Below, piece by piece: positions 48,603 through 61,176 of a stretch of DNA of 64,000 nucleotides. Within the stretch, counting starts at the first letter, position 1. Each line of letters starts with the position of its first letter. This stretch comes from Nemertoderma westbladi (lineage: Eukaryota; Animalia; Xenacoelomorpha), in assembly GCA_032718475.1 (NCBI GenBank), contig JAUCBJ010001006.1:1-64000 (forward strand). The letters are read 5' to 3'. The translations under genes were made by a program, and so were the position numbers. A model generated the notes under the pieces. That model had not been told where the DNA came from and searched no databases. It saw nothing but the letters and a program-made list of their open reading frames with translations.

Positions 48603-51600
48603 CTAAGGTGCCCCTTCTAGCAGACAGCATTTCCCTACAGCTCTCCTGTAGGTTTTTCTGTCCTTCGCACCTATCTTACCACCTATCCGCACTTCTACTG
48701 ATCGGACTCTTCCGTCCTCGTCGGAGTAAGTGCCTACAACTCTCGCCAACCGCCATTGGTTGTTGATGATAGTATCATCCGTAACGATTACGAGATCTCC
48801 CTCTCTTAACTCCCTATTCGGCTTCCTCCACTTGCTTCTTTTATGGAGCGTGGGCAGATATTCTTCGACCCACCTCCTCCAATACTCGGCACTTATTGCT
48901 TTAGCGACTTTCCAACTCTGGCGGGAGTGTATGTCGTCTGGATCTACACCCCGCATATTGATGGTTGCTGGCCTTTCCATTAGAAAATGGCTAGGCGTCA
49001 GCACGTCTAGTGATTCAGGGTCATCATTCTCCGGATATAGCGGTCTGCTATTAATGATCCCCTCGCACTTTGCAAGCACTGTCCGTAAGACGTCCTCAGT
49101 GACCATGTGGGTGTTCATGAGCTTTGTCATTAGACGCTTTGAACTGCCCACCAGTCTCTCGACGCATCCTAGTGTATGTGGTGCATACGGCGTCCTTCTC
49201 TCCCACTTTACTTGTCGTCGTCTCATGGCCGCCCTGACTTCCTCCCCTTCCAAGATGTCCAAGGCCTCTGCCATCTTATTCTCTGCGCCCACAAAGTTGG
49301 TGCCGTTGTCGCTGTATATCACTGCGATCGTCCCACCTTTGCGGTCTCTAAACCTTTCTAAGGCATTAATGAATGCTGATGCGGTTGCATCTTGGGCGAG
49401 TTCTATCCCTACCGCCCGCGTGTTGTTACATACGAAGATGATACCGTAGCGTTTCTCCGTGTGCCGCATCACCTTGATCTTTATCGGCCCGAACATGTCC
49501 ACACCGCAATGTGTAAATGGCGGGTCGTGCTGTCTTACTCTACTTGCTGGTAGTGGCGCCATCTCTTGTATGGCTCGCTCCTTCTTCGCTCGTCGGCAGG
49601 TTTGGCACTGCCCCACTACCGTTTTTACTTTCTTCCTCAACTGTTTGACCCAAAATGTCCTCCTTATCTCTGTGAGAGTTCTGTTGGTGCCCCCGTGCAA
49701 TATCGACTTGTGGGAGTCCCAGATTATCTGGTTAACTATTGGCGATCCTGTTGGAATGATGATGGGTTTCGGTGGTACAATTATGCTGTTGTTGTATCCC
49801 ACCCTAGAATTCATTACTAGAATCCCGTCGTCATTAAGTTGTGGCAACAGCGTGATCAGCTCGCTGTCCCATCGGAGGTGCTGTTGGTTACCGACGCGTT
49901 CCACCTCGTCACCATAGTTCTTCCGTTGTTCATAGCGGATGACTGCCTTGGCTGCTCCTTCCAGATCTATGGATGTCCTGATCTTCTTGTTTTTGCCGAC
50001 TCCCGCGAGGAAATTCCCGAAGGCTCTCCAGTACGCCACTAAGTTCTTGGTCTTATACCAACTAGAACTGTAGCTGAGGAGTTTATCCGTCGGGTTATCG
50101 CATAGTTCTTGCTTTGGTTGAACCTCCCTAATCTCCCTCACCATCTGGGAGTATATCTCTTCTCCCTCTGAATCTCCTTATTCTCCCTCTGACACCACTT
50201 CCGAGCCCGGGTCCACCTTTCTCATCGGCAGCCAGGCCTCCTTATCGCTCAGAAATTGTGGCCCATGTTGCCACAATACTTCCTTCTTCAAGAAAGTGTG
50301 GCGTACCACGCCCCTCGACAACAAATCCGCTGGGTTCTCGTCTGTTGGGCAGTAGTGACACCTTTCCAGTTCTGTGGTTGCCCTTATTTCGTCCACTCTA
50401 TTTGCGACGAATATCGGGTATCTCGTCCTTTCGTTATGTAGCCAACCAAGCACTACCATGGAGTCCGTCCAGTAGTGTGTCTCCACTATGTTGGGAATAG
50501 TATCCACTAGGTAGGCTGTGGCTCTAACTCCTAGTCTCGCAGCTGTCAACTCCAACTTGGGAACTGATGCTGAATCTGGCGGCGTCGACTTTGCTTTGCT
50601 AAAGGCTAGTCTGGGCTTTTGAGCCCCCTCTCGTTGTACTAAATAGAGTGCCGCTCCGTACGCCTCCAACAACGCATCGGAGAACATGTGTAGGTCCAGA
50701 TTCGTCATGTTCCCATCCAGAAAATACACTCGTGGCATGTTGTATATACCCATCTTCTCCAAGTCTTCTGTCCACTTACTCCACTGTTTCTTAATTTCCT
50801 CTGGTACCTCTACGTCCCACTCATCCTTCAATTTGTATACTCTCTTGAGTATCTGTTTCCCCGTGACTAATAATGGGGATGCTAGGCCTAGGGGATCGTA
50901 TATTCTTGCTATATACAATACATAGCCCCTCTTCGTGTGGATGTCTGCGCCCTCCTGGCTCAGCTGATACTTCAGTTCGTCCGTCTCTCTGTTCCACACG
51001 ATTCCCAATGCCTTCTGTTGGGATTCTGTTCTCTTGTTCGCCATGTCCTGCCCTTTGGCTGTTGTGGGATTATCCATGGTCGATTATGGTCTCTTGTCCT
51101 CTATCGCCTTGATAAATTCTTCCGAACTGGATTGGAATTTGGTCAGGTTAAAGCCGGATCCTTTTAGGATGTCGCAAACCTCGCGCCCTGTGTCCAGTAT
51201 CTCCTTAACCGTATTTCCAGACTCCATTCCGTCATCTACGTAGAAGCCGCGTCGAATCATATCGATGGCCCTAGTGCTGTATCTATCTTCCTTCCCTTTC
51301 ACTGTATCTCTCACTGCCATAGTCGTCGTAAATGAAGACGACTTGGCTCCCATATTTTGTACTACCATCTTATATGCCAGTATTATCGACGGTTCTTCCT
51401 CGCCGTTATACCATAAGAAGCATTGACTGTCGCTATCTTCCTCCGTTACACGGACTTGGTTGAACATGCCTTCTATGTCACACGTAAAGGCGTGCTTCCC
51501 ATTCCTAAATCTAAGTAGGACCTCTATGCCCGAGTTGTATATGTTTGGGCCTTCTAACAGATAGTCGTTTAAGCATTTCCCGTTGGTCTTTGCCGATGCG

Positions 51601-53867
51601 TCAACTACCATCCGCAGTTTACCTTTCTTTGGGTCTAAAGCCACGTGGAGTGGCAGGTAATATGTCCTGTCCATGTTCCGTTCGTCGACCGCTAACTCCA
51701 CGGCCCATCCTTTCTCGACGTACTTCTTAATCGTTTTGTGGATGTACTCATTCTTCTCGGGGCTCCGTTTTAGTGTTTTTTTCAGCTTGCGGAGTCTTGT
51801 GAGTACCATCCCTCTGTTATCGGGCAGCGGTATCTTCGGTAGTTTCCATACCATTCCTATAGTATACCACCCCTCATCGCATGTCATCAATTCCTCCACG
51901 CTTTGTAAAGCCTGCTTGTCTTCTACCGAGGTTCCGACCCCGGTCTCTTTCAGTCCCTCGAAATATTGTCTGAGCAATCTTTTAAGCTGCTCCTCTGCTC
52001 CCTCATCACCCATTTCCTGCATTGTTCCCGCGAACATGCATCCTGATGTCTCCGACATCCTAAATGGTATCTTGGTCTTAATTGGGCCACTCAGCGTCCA
52101 TCCGAATGGCGTTAATATCGCCACCCGGTCACACTGCTTGTCTTCGCCGCAGACCGTTTGCATTCTTTCATGGGCCGTTGGGCAATCCATTCCTACTATG
52201 ATGGATACCTTCCTAACGTCCACGTCTGGGATTGAGAAGTCAATGTCGTCCAGGAATTTATATTGCTCGACCTCGATGTTGGTTGGCCGCCTGGCATTGA
52301 TATTAATTGACTCTATCACTTGGATGGGGTCGATGGTTGCCCCATAGTCGCATTCCGGTGCCACTGCTGCAATTGCGCACCGGCCTGTTCTCATCTCCAG
52401 GATCTCATCTTTGCTAGAGATGGTTGTTACCGCCATTCTGCTTGGCCTCGTTCTCAATCCTATCTCTTCGGCCACCCATTCCTTCACTAATGTGAAGGCA
52501 GCTCCACTATCAACCAGCATTAGTGTTGTTACTGATCGATTGCCTTCCCCGATCACTCGCACGGGTACTACTCCAAGTAACACCGTTCCTCTCTTCTTCG
52601 CCCCTACTGTGCTCGTTGCCATCGTTTGGCCTCTCCTTTGACCGAACTTTACCGGCTTCTCCTTGCATTCCCTAGCTCTATGTCCACTCATCACACATCG
52701 CGAACAGATTTTATTGCTCAACGCATAATCTATCTGATCTTGCCTAGGTAGCGCCTGCCAGTACCTGCAGTTCATGGTCTGATGAAGTGCATTTGCGTGT
52801 AGCTGGCATCTGCTCTTTGGGTCGTAGCCCTCCTTATGCAGCGCATTGCGTATCGCAGCTGCGTTTGTATCAAAGTCCCTACTGTTTTTATTGTTTGGAT
52901 TCGGCCTACTGGACGTACTGGGGTTATATTTATTTGTGTTGTTATTGTTCCCCTGTCCGTTCCATGCTGTGGTCTTAGTTTCGGCTATCTGTGGACTTGT
53001 AGTCCCCTGCGTTGTTGCATATGGCAATGATTGCCTGAGTCTCGGTAATGCGTTTGATGTATTATGCTCTGGTTTCGGTCTATGGTAATCCGTCTTCGGT
53101 TCCTTTCCCAGGCTATCTTCGCTATAGACTGGGTCAGTTATTAGTTCAGCCTCGTAGTTTAAGAAGCTTGACATTTCTTCTAAACCCGGTTCCGCACCCT
53201 TCTTGTCTCGAGTGGAGAAAGCGATCTTCCTCCACTTGTTGCGCAGCCAGTTCGGTAGTGCCTGCGCTATCGTGGTGATGTTACTGGACGCGTTGAGCTC
53301 GTATGGCGCGTCTAGCATCTTCAGCACGATTAGCGCCTTTTCGACTTTGTTAGCGAACGTCTTGATGCTAACGGGATTATCCTGTAGGCCACCCGATGTT
53401 ATGCCTCTCAGTGTCTGCCTGATGATCTTGGCCGGGTGCCCGTATTCCCTATCCAGTGCCCGCCATGCTGTCGTGAAGCCGCCCTCTATTCCTTGATATT
53501 GCCTCACGATATTGTATGCTGGGCCTCCCGTGTATACTTGCAGATACTTTAGGCACTCCGCCTGCGTCAAGTTTTTTGTTAGTATTTCGTTACTATACAT
53601 GCGCCGAAACTGTAGATATTCTTCCGGCCTACTCCCATCGAACTTGAATGGTTCCACGGGTGGTAACTCGATCCTCGTTTTCAACGCATCGATCAACGTG
53701 GCCATCCCCATCGCCTGTGCTTCCAATGGGTTCGATGGATGTTGTATAGTTTCTCCTGTCTGGTGCGGTCCGTCTGTCCCATTTCCACCTCTCCTTTGAC
53801 TTGGATATGTCATCGGGGGTAGCGGCCCCCTCCATATTTCTGTGTCGCACGACCTATTTTCATCCAA
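48603..53867 (-). pseudogene. B gag (capsid, NC) and pol (PR, RT, RH, IN) with only two in-frame stops
   Basis: ORFs 51084..53867, 50178..51077 and 48603..50144 share one frame. Motifs PFKFDG, LVDSGA, FYVDD, MFSDA, VDMFGP, SDNGTNF, VERLV. Confidence 0.93.
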
Positions 53868-55405
53868 GGGTCTCGTTGTTCTTGCTCCTATCGGGGTATA
53901 TTGTTGATATTGTGATGGGGGAATGTCACCCTGTCCCCCCCCCCCCCCCCCCCCCCACCGGTATGTTTGGTACTGGGGTTGATGTTAATATGTTTGGGCC
54001 CATACACCTATCCGCAATAATTCCCCCCTCCCCTGGGTATATGTTATGTCCCTGCATGCTGTAGTCATACTGCTGTACTGGTACCGGTATAGGCCTATCA
54101 GCTTCTGGCCTACTCGCCGGTATGTATTCCGCGACTTCCGGGTTTAATCCCGTCGTCCGCGCTATCCCATTGCCTACATTGCCTCTATCAGTATGGCCTA
54201 TGGTATGTGCAGTAAGGCCTACAGTATGTCCTACAGTCTGCATGTGTCGCTCGGGATCGAAGTTTATTCTTCTCGAGTAGTCCTCCCCGCGGCTACCGCA
54301 TTCTCGATCCCTAGGTATATTCCGTCGGAAAGTTTCTCTTCGACCCCCCCCCCCCCCCCCCCTCTACTGTTCTCGTCTTCGTACCGGTACATCGCGTACC
54401 CCTCCATCGGCGCGTAATGCGCCTCACCAGGTCGCATCTCTCCGGGGCGACGGCAATCTCCCGGAGTCCGACCCCACTGACTCTCTGTTCTCATCTCGAC
54501 TACCGACGGCTCGCTATCCGTCCTCGCTCTTCTATCGTTCGCGGCAATACTTCTACTACTGTCTTCTCTTCTTCTCCTTTCAGTGGAGTATTCCCGTTTG
54601 TGAGATCTCTCGTCGACCTCCCGGTTAAACCCCACCGTTCTTCTTCCCTCTTCTGATCGGGCTCGACGCTTCGTCCACCCTCTTACAACGTCAACCTGTC
54701 TCTCTCTGCTCGGTCGCACTCCGCTGGGGATACTCGAAATCCCCCTATTGCTTTCCGTCGCCGGGTGTTGCGGTTTACCTATTTCGGCCCGCGCATTATC
54801 TGCTGACGGCTGTGGGACACTCTCTGCCCCCCCCCCCCCCCTTTCGCCGCTAACTCGCTGTTGTGGGGCCCCTGTAGCCCCCCCCCCACTCGCCACATCT
54901 AACTTCGCTATCTCTCACCCCGCTACCACATCCCTCTCCAGTCGACACATCAACCCTGCCGCAGTTGGGTCTATTCACCCCCGCCTCTCCCTCTGCTATT
55001 GCGTGGCCTACCAGGCCCTCTACTCCCTGCCTACCAACTACGTGGCCTACCAGGCCCTCACTGGGTCTACCCAACCCAGCCACTCCCTGCCTACCAATTA
55101 CGTGGCCTACCAGGCCCTCTCTGGGTTGGCTCAACCCCGTCTGCTCCGGCCTACCAATTACGTGGCCTACCAGGCCCTCTCTGGGTCTACCCAACCCAGC
55201 CACTCCCTCCCTACCGACTACGTGGCCTACCAGGCCCTCTCCTGCCTGGCCATACACGCCCGACGTGTTCACGCCAACAGCACTCATATTGGAAACGGAA
55301 TTAAATTGTTCGTTTGAAACAAAATCATTTGAATTATTTTGTAAATTTGGGCTTGGATCATTACTTAAATTATTTGAATTATTTTGTAAATTCGGGCTTG
55401 GATCA

Positions 55406-58400
55406 TTCTATTCTATTTCATTTCCGGCTTCTGGCCCCGGTGGCTATTAATTAGCATTAATATTAAAATAGGGATAAAATGTGAACAATACACAAATGCA
55501 TAATATAGTACGATAAAATATAAGTTGTAGAAATAATAGTCATAATAAGAAATTAAGTAAAAATTGTTATATCCATGTACTATGCAATGCGTAGTTAATC
55601 ATTGAAAACGATATGGTGCGGATATGTCGTTTATTTTACATATATATATTCTTTTTTTTTACACGCTCGTGGGACATTTCATTTCAGTCAATAAAGTACT
55701 GGAAGTTGTTGTTACAGGACTTCTCTCTATTCCCTCTCCCCTCAAAAAAGTCGTTATTGCAGCATGTTTGATTTGAAAGCTTGCATGGCTGTTCAAAATG
55801 GAATAACAATACATGGCCTGGAATTCATCTTTAAATGGTGTTGTTGTTTCACTGCTCAAAGTTCTTTGTCTTGCGCCTTTGATGACGGCTTTTATGTTAA
55901 ACAGGGTCGATGCTAGGTTTGTTAGAGATGGTAGATCTTCCTTCCATGCCAATAGACTGTACTCAGACATGTATGTATTATCTCGCGTTCTCGCTGTATG
56001 ATGTGCTAGTATTGTTGAGAATAAGTGTAATACTTTAGTATTATGGCTATTTAATATGTTGTATGTGACCCGACATTTGTTGTATGCTACTATTTGTTGA
56101 ACAGTTTCACTGTCGAAGAGCTTCCATAAGACATTGTTAGATATGTAATTACTAACTCCAAGTATTGTGCGCATGGCTTTTCGGATTGTTCTATCTAGGG
56201 GTCTCAATAGGGCAATCCCTATAGTTGAAGATCCATAAAAAATTGATGGGAGACATACAATTTTCCATATGAGAGATGTAACGTTTAGTGGGACATCATA
56301 GGACGAAAGTGCTTTTGATTTTGTTTGGGAAACATTTATCCAGCACTTTTTCGTGAAGTGGTCTCGTAGGTTGGATGGGGTAGATGGTAAGGGTAGCCCC
56401 AAATATTTAAGTTTTGCCTCTTGTATTAGGTTTTTCCCAGGTTCAACTTGAATTGATTCTTGATTTCCTGTCGGTTGTGAAGAGGCAACAATGTAATGGG
56501 ATTTGTGTATGTTCAAGCATAATCCATTATTCTTGAAATAGTTGGTGCACAGACGTAGTATTCTGATGAGGTCAGATTTTAAATTGGCCAATATTAATAT
56601 GTCATCTGCAAAACTAAAGGCTGGGTAGGACTCATCTGCAACATGTAGGCCCAGTTTGGCAGTATCTAGGGATGCAAATAGGTCTGCTAAGTAAAAATTA
56701 AAAAGCCAACCAGAGAGTACTCCACCTTGGCGTATGCCACGATGGAGTGGTATCATCTTCGTATGGATGAGGTTTCCAATCTTTATTGAGGCTTTTGATT
56801 TGCTGTAATAGGAGGATAACAAAGCGATCAGTTGTGGACTCAGGTTTGTTTCTTCGAGTTTGCTGAACATAACATTGTGTTTAATGGTATCAAAAGCGGC
56901 CGATAGATCGAGTGATACGACATGGACTGGTGATGACTCTTTGTTGAAAAATTCAATGAGTTTGCTTGCTGTTAGATATGGTACTTCACTGTGCATCCCA
57001 TGTTTATATGCCATTTGCAGGTGGCTTTGTTTAATTGGTTTTAGTTCCTCAATGATTGTGTGCTCCCAAAGTTTGACAAAGATAGATATTATTGATATTC
57101 CTCTGTAGCTTGAAACTTGATCCTTTTGTTTGTCATAACCTTTAAGTTGTGGTAGGAGTATGCTTTGGCACATTTCTTCAGGGAAATAAGAATGAGATCG
57201 CATTCCGTTATATAGTGTTGCAATGAAATTGCATAATGACTCAGAGCTTCCATAGTGCAGATGTTCGGCTTTGATGTTGTTTCTATCCGCAGCTTTACGT
57301 TTGTTTAATTTCGATATTGCCATTGCAATATCGTTTCCTGTTAGAAACTTATAGTTTTTGTAATCTTTCTGAGGGACAGTGACTGTCTTATGTGTGGTGT
57401 TTTCATTTTCACACCTTTCGAAAAAACGTTCATAATGGTTGTATAGATTTGTCCTATTTGCTTGTGTCATATGTCTATTTCCGTCCTGATTAGTCCGTAG
57501 CTGATGCCAAAACTTGTTAGGGTTAGACTCACAAGCATTTGCTAGGTTAATTATCTGGTGCTTGTATGCTTTGTGTTCTTGGTACGCTTTGTATCTTCGT
57601 TGCTTCAGTTGTGATAGGTCATTTTTGGCCTGATTAGTAGCTCCATCTGTTTGGTAGTGATCATTATTAAATTTAACTGGACTCCTTGTTCTGAGGGCAT
57701 GTTTCCATTTTTTCCTCTTACGTGGCACAATATTTGGTATATATTTATCAGCAGCTGCTGAAAGTGTGCTAATCATACTTGACACCATGTTGTCTAGAGT
57801 ACAGTTGTCTAGTTGTGGGTTATTCATGGCTTCACGAGTTAGTGTTTTAAATTTGGACTCTATTTCCTGCTTGTAGTCTTCGATTTGAGAAGTTGAGGCT
57901 GTATCAAAAAGGTGTACTTTCTTCGCTACTTGTTTCTTCCAACTATGACCTGTAGTTGCATTGTCCGTTTTAGTCATCGAGAAGGTGGTCATTACTGGTG
58001 TGTGATCTGATAGATTGTTACTATCTTGAATGAAAATATGTGTATTGCTGTTTGATATCAGAGAGTTTTCGCTTATGATGTAGTCAATTAAAGTTGTTCT
58101 TTTGATTAGGCCATCCCTTGATTTGAAGTGGTAGCTTGTATCTGCTCCAGTTGTTGAGTAACGAGTACTAGTTATTTCCATATCAAAAGGCTTCATAATA
58201 TGCTCCTTAAACAGCTGGCCAAAGTTGGATCTTATTATGTTGCTTATTGAATCTTTTTTTGGTTGCAGCTGGCCATTTATATCACCTGCAATAATCACTG
58301 TTTCATTGTTATTGGTTGACTCCTCCAACAGGCTATGTAATTTTCCACACTCTTCTAAGTATAAGGTCCGAGATTGTTCTTCTTTTGTATCTGATGGCAT

Positions 58401-58752
58401 GTATAGGCCAAGAACTGTGAGGTCAGATGTGGATAATCCTTTTATGTTTATACCAGCGATTCTGTCAGACATTGTTTTTCTCACAGATGTGTATGGTGCG
58501 AGAGTTGTTTTAATAAAGATTGCGACGCCCCCTTCCCCTCGAACTCTCTGTTTTTGTTCAAACATTCCTTCGGATATAGTATAGCTTATGCAGCTGTACC
58601 CTTTTTGGATCCTTGCCATTTGAAAGTGAAACTTTGCTTCTCCAGCGCTGAGCCAGTGTTCCTCTATGACTAGGATGTCTGGTGTGTGGTGTTTTAGAAT
58701 GGAGTTTGTGTATGTCTTGTTGTGCATATATCCTTTGCAGTTTTTCCTTTGC
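55406..58752 (-). mobile_element. 5'-truncated RTEX-like LINE in B gag
   Basis: (TAGAA)n tail. A ~28-bp flank ATTATTTTGTAAATTCGGG.TTGGATCA occurs on both sides, within a host repeat. Confidence 0.85.
55659..58752 (-). CDS. Uninterrupted LINE ORF2 (APE-RT)
   Basis: Motifs EEHW, GGVA, GDIN, IDY, SDH, LDLSAAFD, GIRQG, FADD, KYLG. Confidence 0.9.
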
Positions 58753-60613
58753 ATTATTTTGTAAATTCGGGGTTGGATCAATACTTAAATTATTTGAATT
58801 ATTATTATTTTCTAAATTTAAATTATTATTTGGATTATTTTGCACGTTCAAATTGAAATTATTATTTGTATTTAAATTTAAATTACTGCTACTAGGTAAA
58901 GTATTATTTGCTGCAATAGAGGGATTAGGGTTATCCAATACGGTACTATTAATATTAACGACGTCTACTGTAGCGTTATTATTACCCCCCCCCCCCCCCC
59001 CCCCCCGCCCGTACGGTCACACCAGTCTTGGGTCTGTCGTGCGGTCCCTGTAAGTGGGGTATTAATAAATTTATCCACAGCCCCTGGCTCCTCGAAAATA
59101 GTCGAGCCTGCCCCACTCTCAGACGCCCCCATTCGCGCCAGTTCCCGCTCACGCGTATGTATAGCTTTATACCCTCTAAGCTCACCTTGACGTTTCTCTA
59201 GCTCTCATCGCTTATACTCCTTTCTTGCCATTCTCTCCCTACACTCCCGTGCGTCCCGCTCGGCCAATTCCAACTCTCTTCTAGCCCCCTCCCTTCGTCT
59301 CGCCTCATGCTCTCTGCGTTCGTTTTCCTCTCTCACCTTGCGTTCCCTACGTTCCGCCTCATGCTCTTCTTGTTCCTTCCTCCCTACTTCCTCACACTCC
59401 CTAAGGCTTCTTGCGGCCCTTTCGGCCCTCTCTCCGGTTTCCTTAATTAACGCCATTTCCCTCTCTAGCAGCACTCTCCCCTCCTCTAACCGTCTATCTA
59501 CTTCCCTTTGACCTTGCTCTATTAAATCGAGTTGGTACGTGGCATTTATCTCTCTCACCTGTCTTCCTTTCGCGGAGGATGTAGCAGACTTATCGGTTCC
59601 GACGGATTCCCTCCGCCTTCCCGACCTACTGACTTTCCCCCGCCTCCCGGAACTTCCTCCGACCGATGAGGCCGAATCCTCGGGGTTAACCTCGGATTCG
59701 CCCTCCTCAGGTCTCTCCCAACCCACTAATTTTAGTCCCCGGGCATCGACTAAGTATGGCCCTACGTACACTACGCTAGGTTCCATACCCCTACACCGCC
59801 ACAAGTCATACAGTTGCTCGGCAACCCCTCTCGCTCTCTCCTTTGCCAGTTCTCTTTGCCCGAAGCGCATTAGATAATTAAAGTGTTTATTCGACTCACC
59901 TAGTCGTTTTCTCAGTCTCACTTCGTCTATCTTCGCCCCCTCTTTGGCCTCCTTTAGCAGTTTCTGGGTCGCGTTGTTAGCCCGTCGAAGTCGATCAGAA
60001 ACCCCGACGTCCTCGTCGCCGACCTCTCTTCCGTCTCTCCGGGTCCGACGTCGTACCGGCGGCCCCACCGTCGCCGTTTCGGTGGGCCGTTCGTCGCCCT
60101 TGGCCTGTAGCTGACCTGCGACATCGGTACCAACATCTCCTCCGTCTCTCCGCGTCCGGCGTCGTACCGTCGGCCCACCGTCGCCGTTTCGGTGGGCCGC
60201 TCGTCGCCCTCGGCCTGTAGCTGGCCGGCGACATCGGCACGTTGACCCACGTCCCGTGTCGACTTGTCTCCTTCTCCCTCCGTCTCGCTCTCTCCTCCTC
60301 TCGGCTCGACCTCGGGTTCCAGGCGGCCCCCCTCATCCTGAACTGCCGGGTGACCCGTTATCGATGGGTCCGGCGTTGTGGGCCTGTACCGTCTGGTTGC
60401 GGCCTCACGGATCGTTAACTCTTCGTCCAGGGTCCGCGTCGGCGTCGTCTCTCCCGACTGACTCATCTCGCTTGGTGATTGGTGGCTGGTAGTTTAGCTA
60501 GCTAGGGCGGCAGCTCTGAGTTTAATTACTACCGAAGGGTTTAATTACTGTCAGGGTAGCTGCTAGGTTTTAATTACTTAGTCTAGCTAGGGCGGCAGCT
60601 CGGATTTAATTAC

Positions 60614-61176
60614 TGTGACGGGATCCAGGAAGGATCCCGGTTTATCCGGTTGTTTAGTTCACGCGTCCCCGCCGTGCGTATGAGAGGTAAAAAGGGTTTG
60701 TGTCGTTCGTCGTATATAATAATCGGTTGTACGGATATATAGATATAGGGTATATAGATATAGGTATGAATAATGTTGTCGTATACGGAAGGCGGGATAC
60801 GGTAATTAAAGTCCCGGTCCTTCCCTAGCTAAACTAACTAACCTAACTAGCACCAATATGATACTGAGATAACTGAACTGAAATGATTACTGCCAACTGG
60901 CTATATTGCACGGGTGGCCTAATTACTCTACCTAATCGATGCCTTTCCCCCCCCCCCCCCTCTGATTGGTTGATACCCTTGTTGGCGCCCTTTGGAGTGT
61001 TCCCGTTCACTCCACCTGTTCTCTCTGGGTTGGGGTTTGGCCCCTGACCCTCATTGTGTTTCTCCTTCCCATTTTGTTGGGGTGACACGAGTTGGTGATT
61101 ACCCAATCTCGCGGCCCCCAATATTGCTTATCGGCTTAACTTTTATGGGGTGTTAGCGGGATTGGATAAACTAACA
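60614..61176 (-). repeat. 5' LTR of B
   Basis: TG...CA termini, flanked by the TSD. Confidence 0.95.

Larger units (their letters stand above)
53868..60466 (-). pseudogene. Long B gag N-terminal region (coiled-coil, Asn-rich, 60-bp repeats), split by a LINE
   Basis: ORFs 59954..60466, 59205..60068, 58558..58938, 54850..55287 and 54264..54896, homologous to A. Confidence 0.75.
43847..61176 (-). mobile_element. Element B: full-length BEL/Pao retrotransposon with an accessory gene
   Basis: LTRs at 60614-61176 and 43847-44403 (few differences), 5-bp TSD AGAAG at 43842-43846 and 61177-61181, PPT at 44404-44412, gag-pol. Confidence 0.95.

Noticed and set aside
50178-51086. Programmed readthrough in B pol
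   Set aside because: The two TAA stops lie inside pol rather than at the gag-pol junction, so they are most simply mutations.
48730-53799. Long antisense ORFs over B pol and other elements
   Set aside because: These are shadow frames of purine-biased coding sequence, with no motifs.
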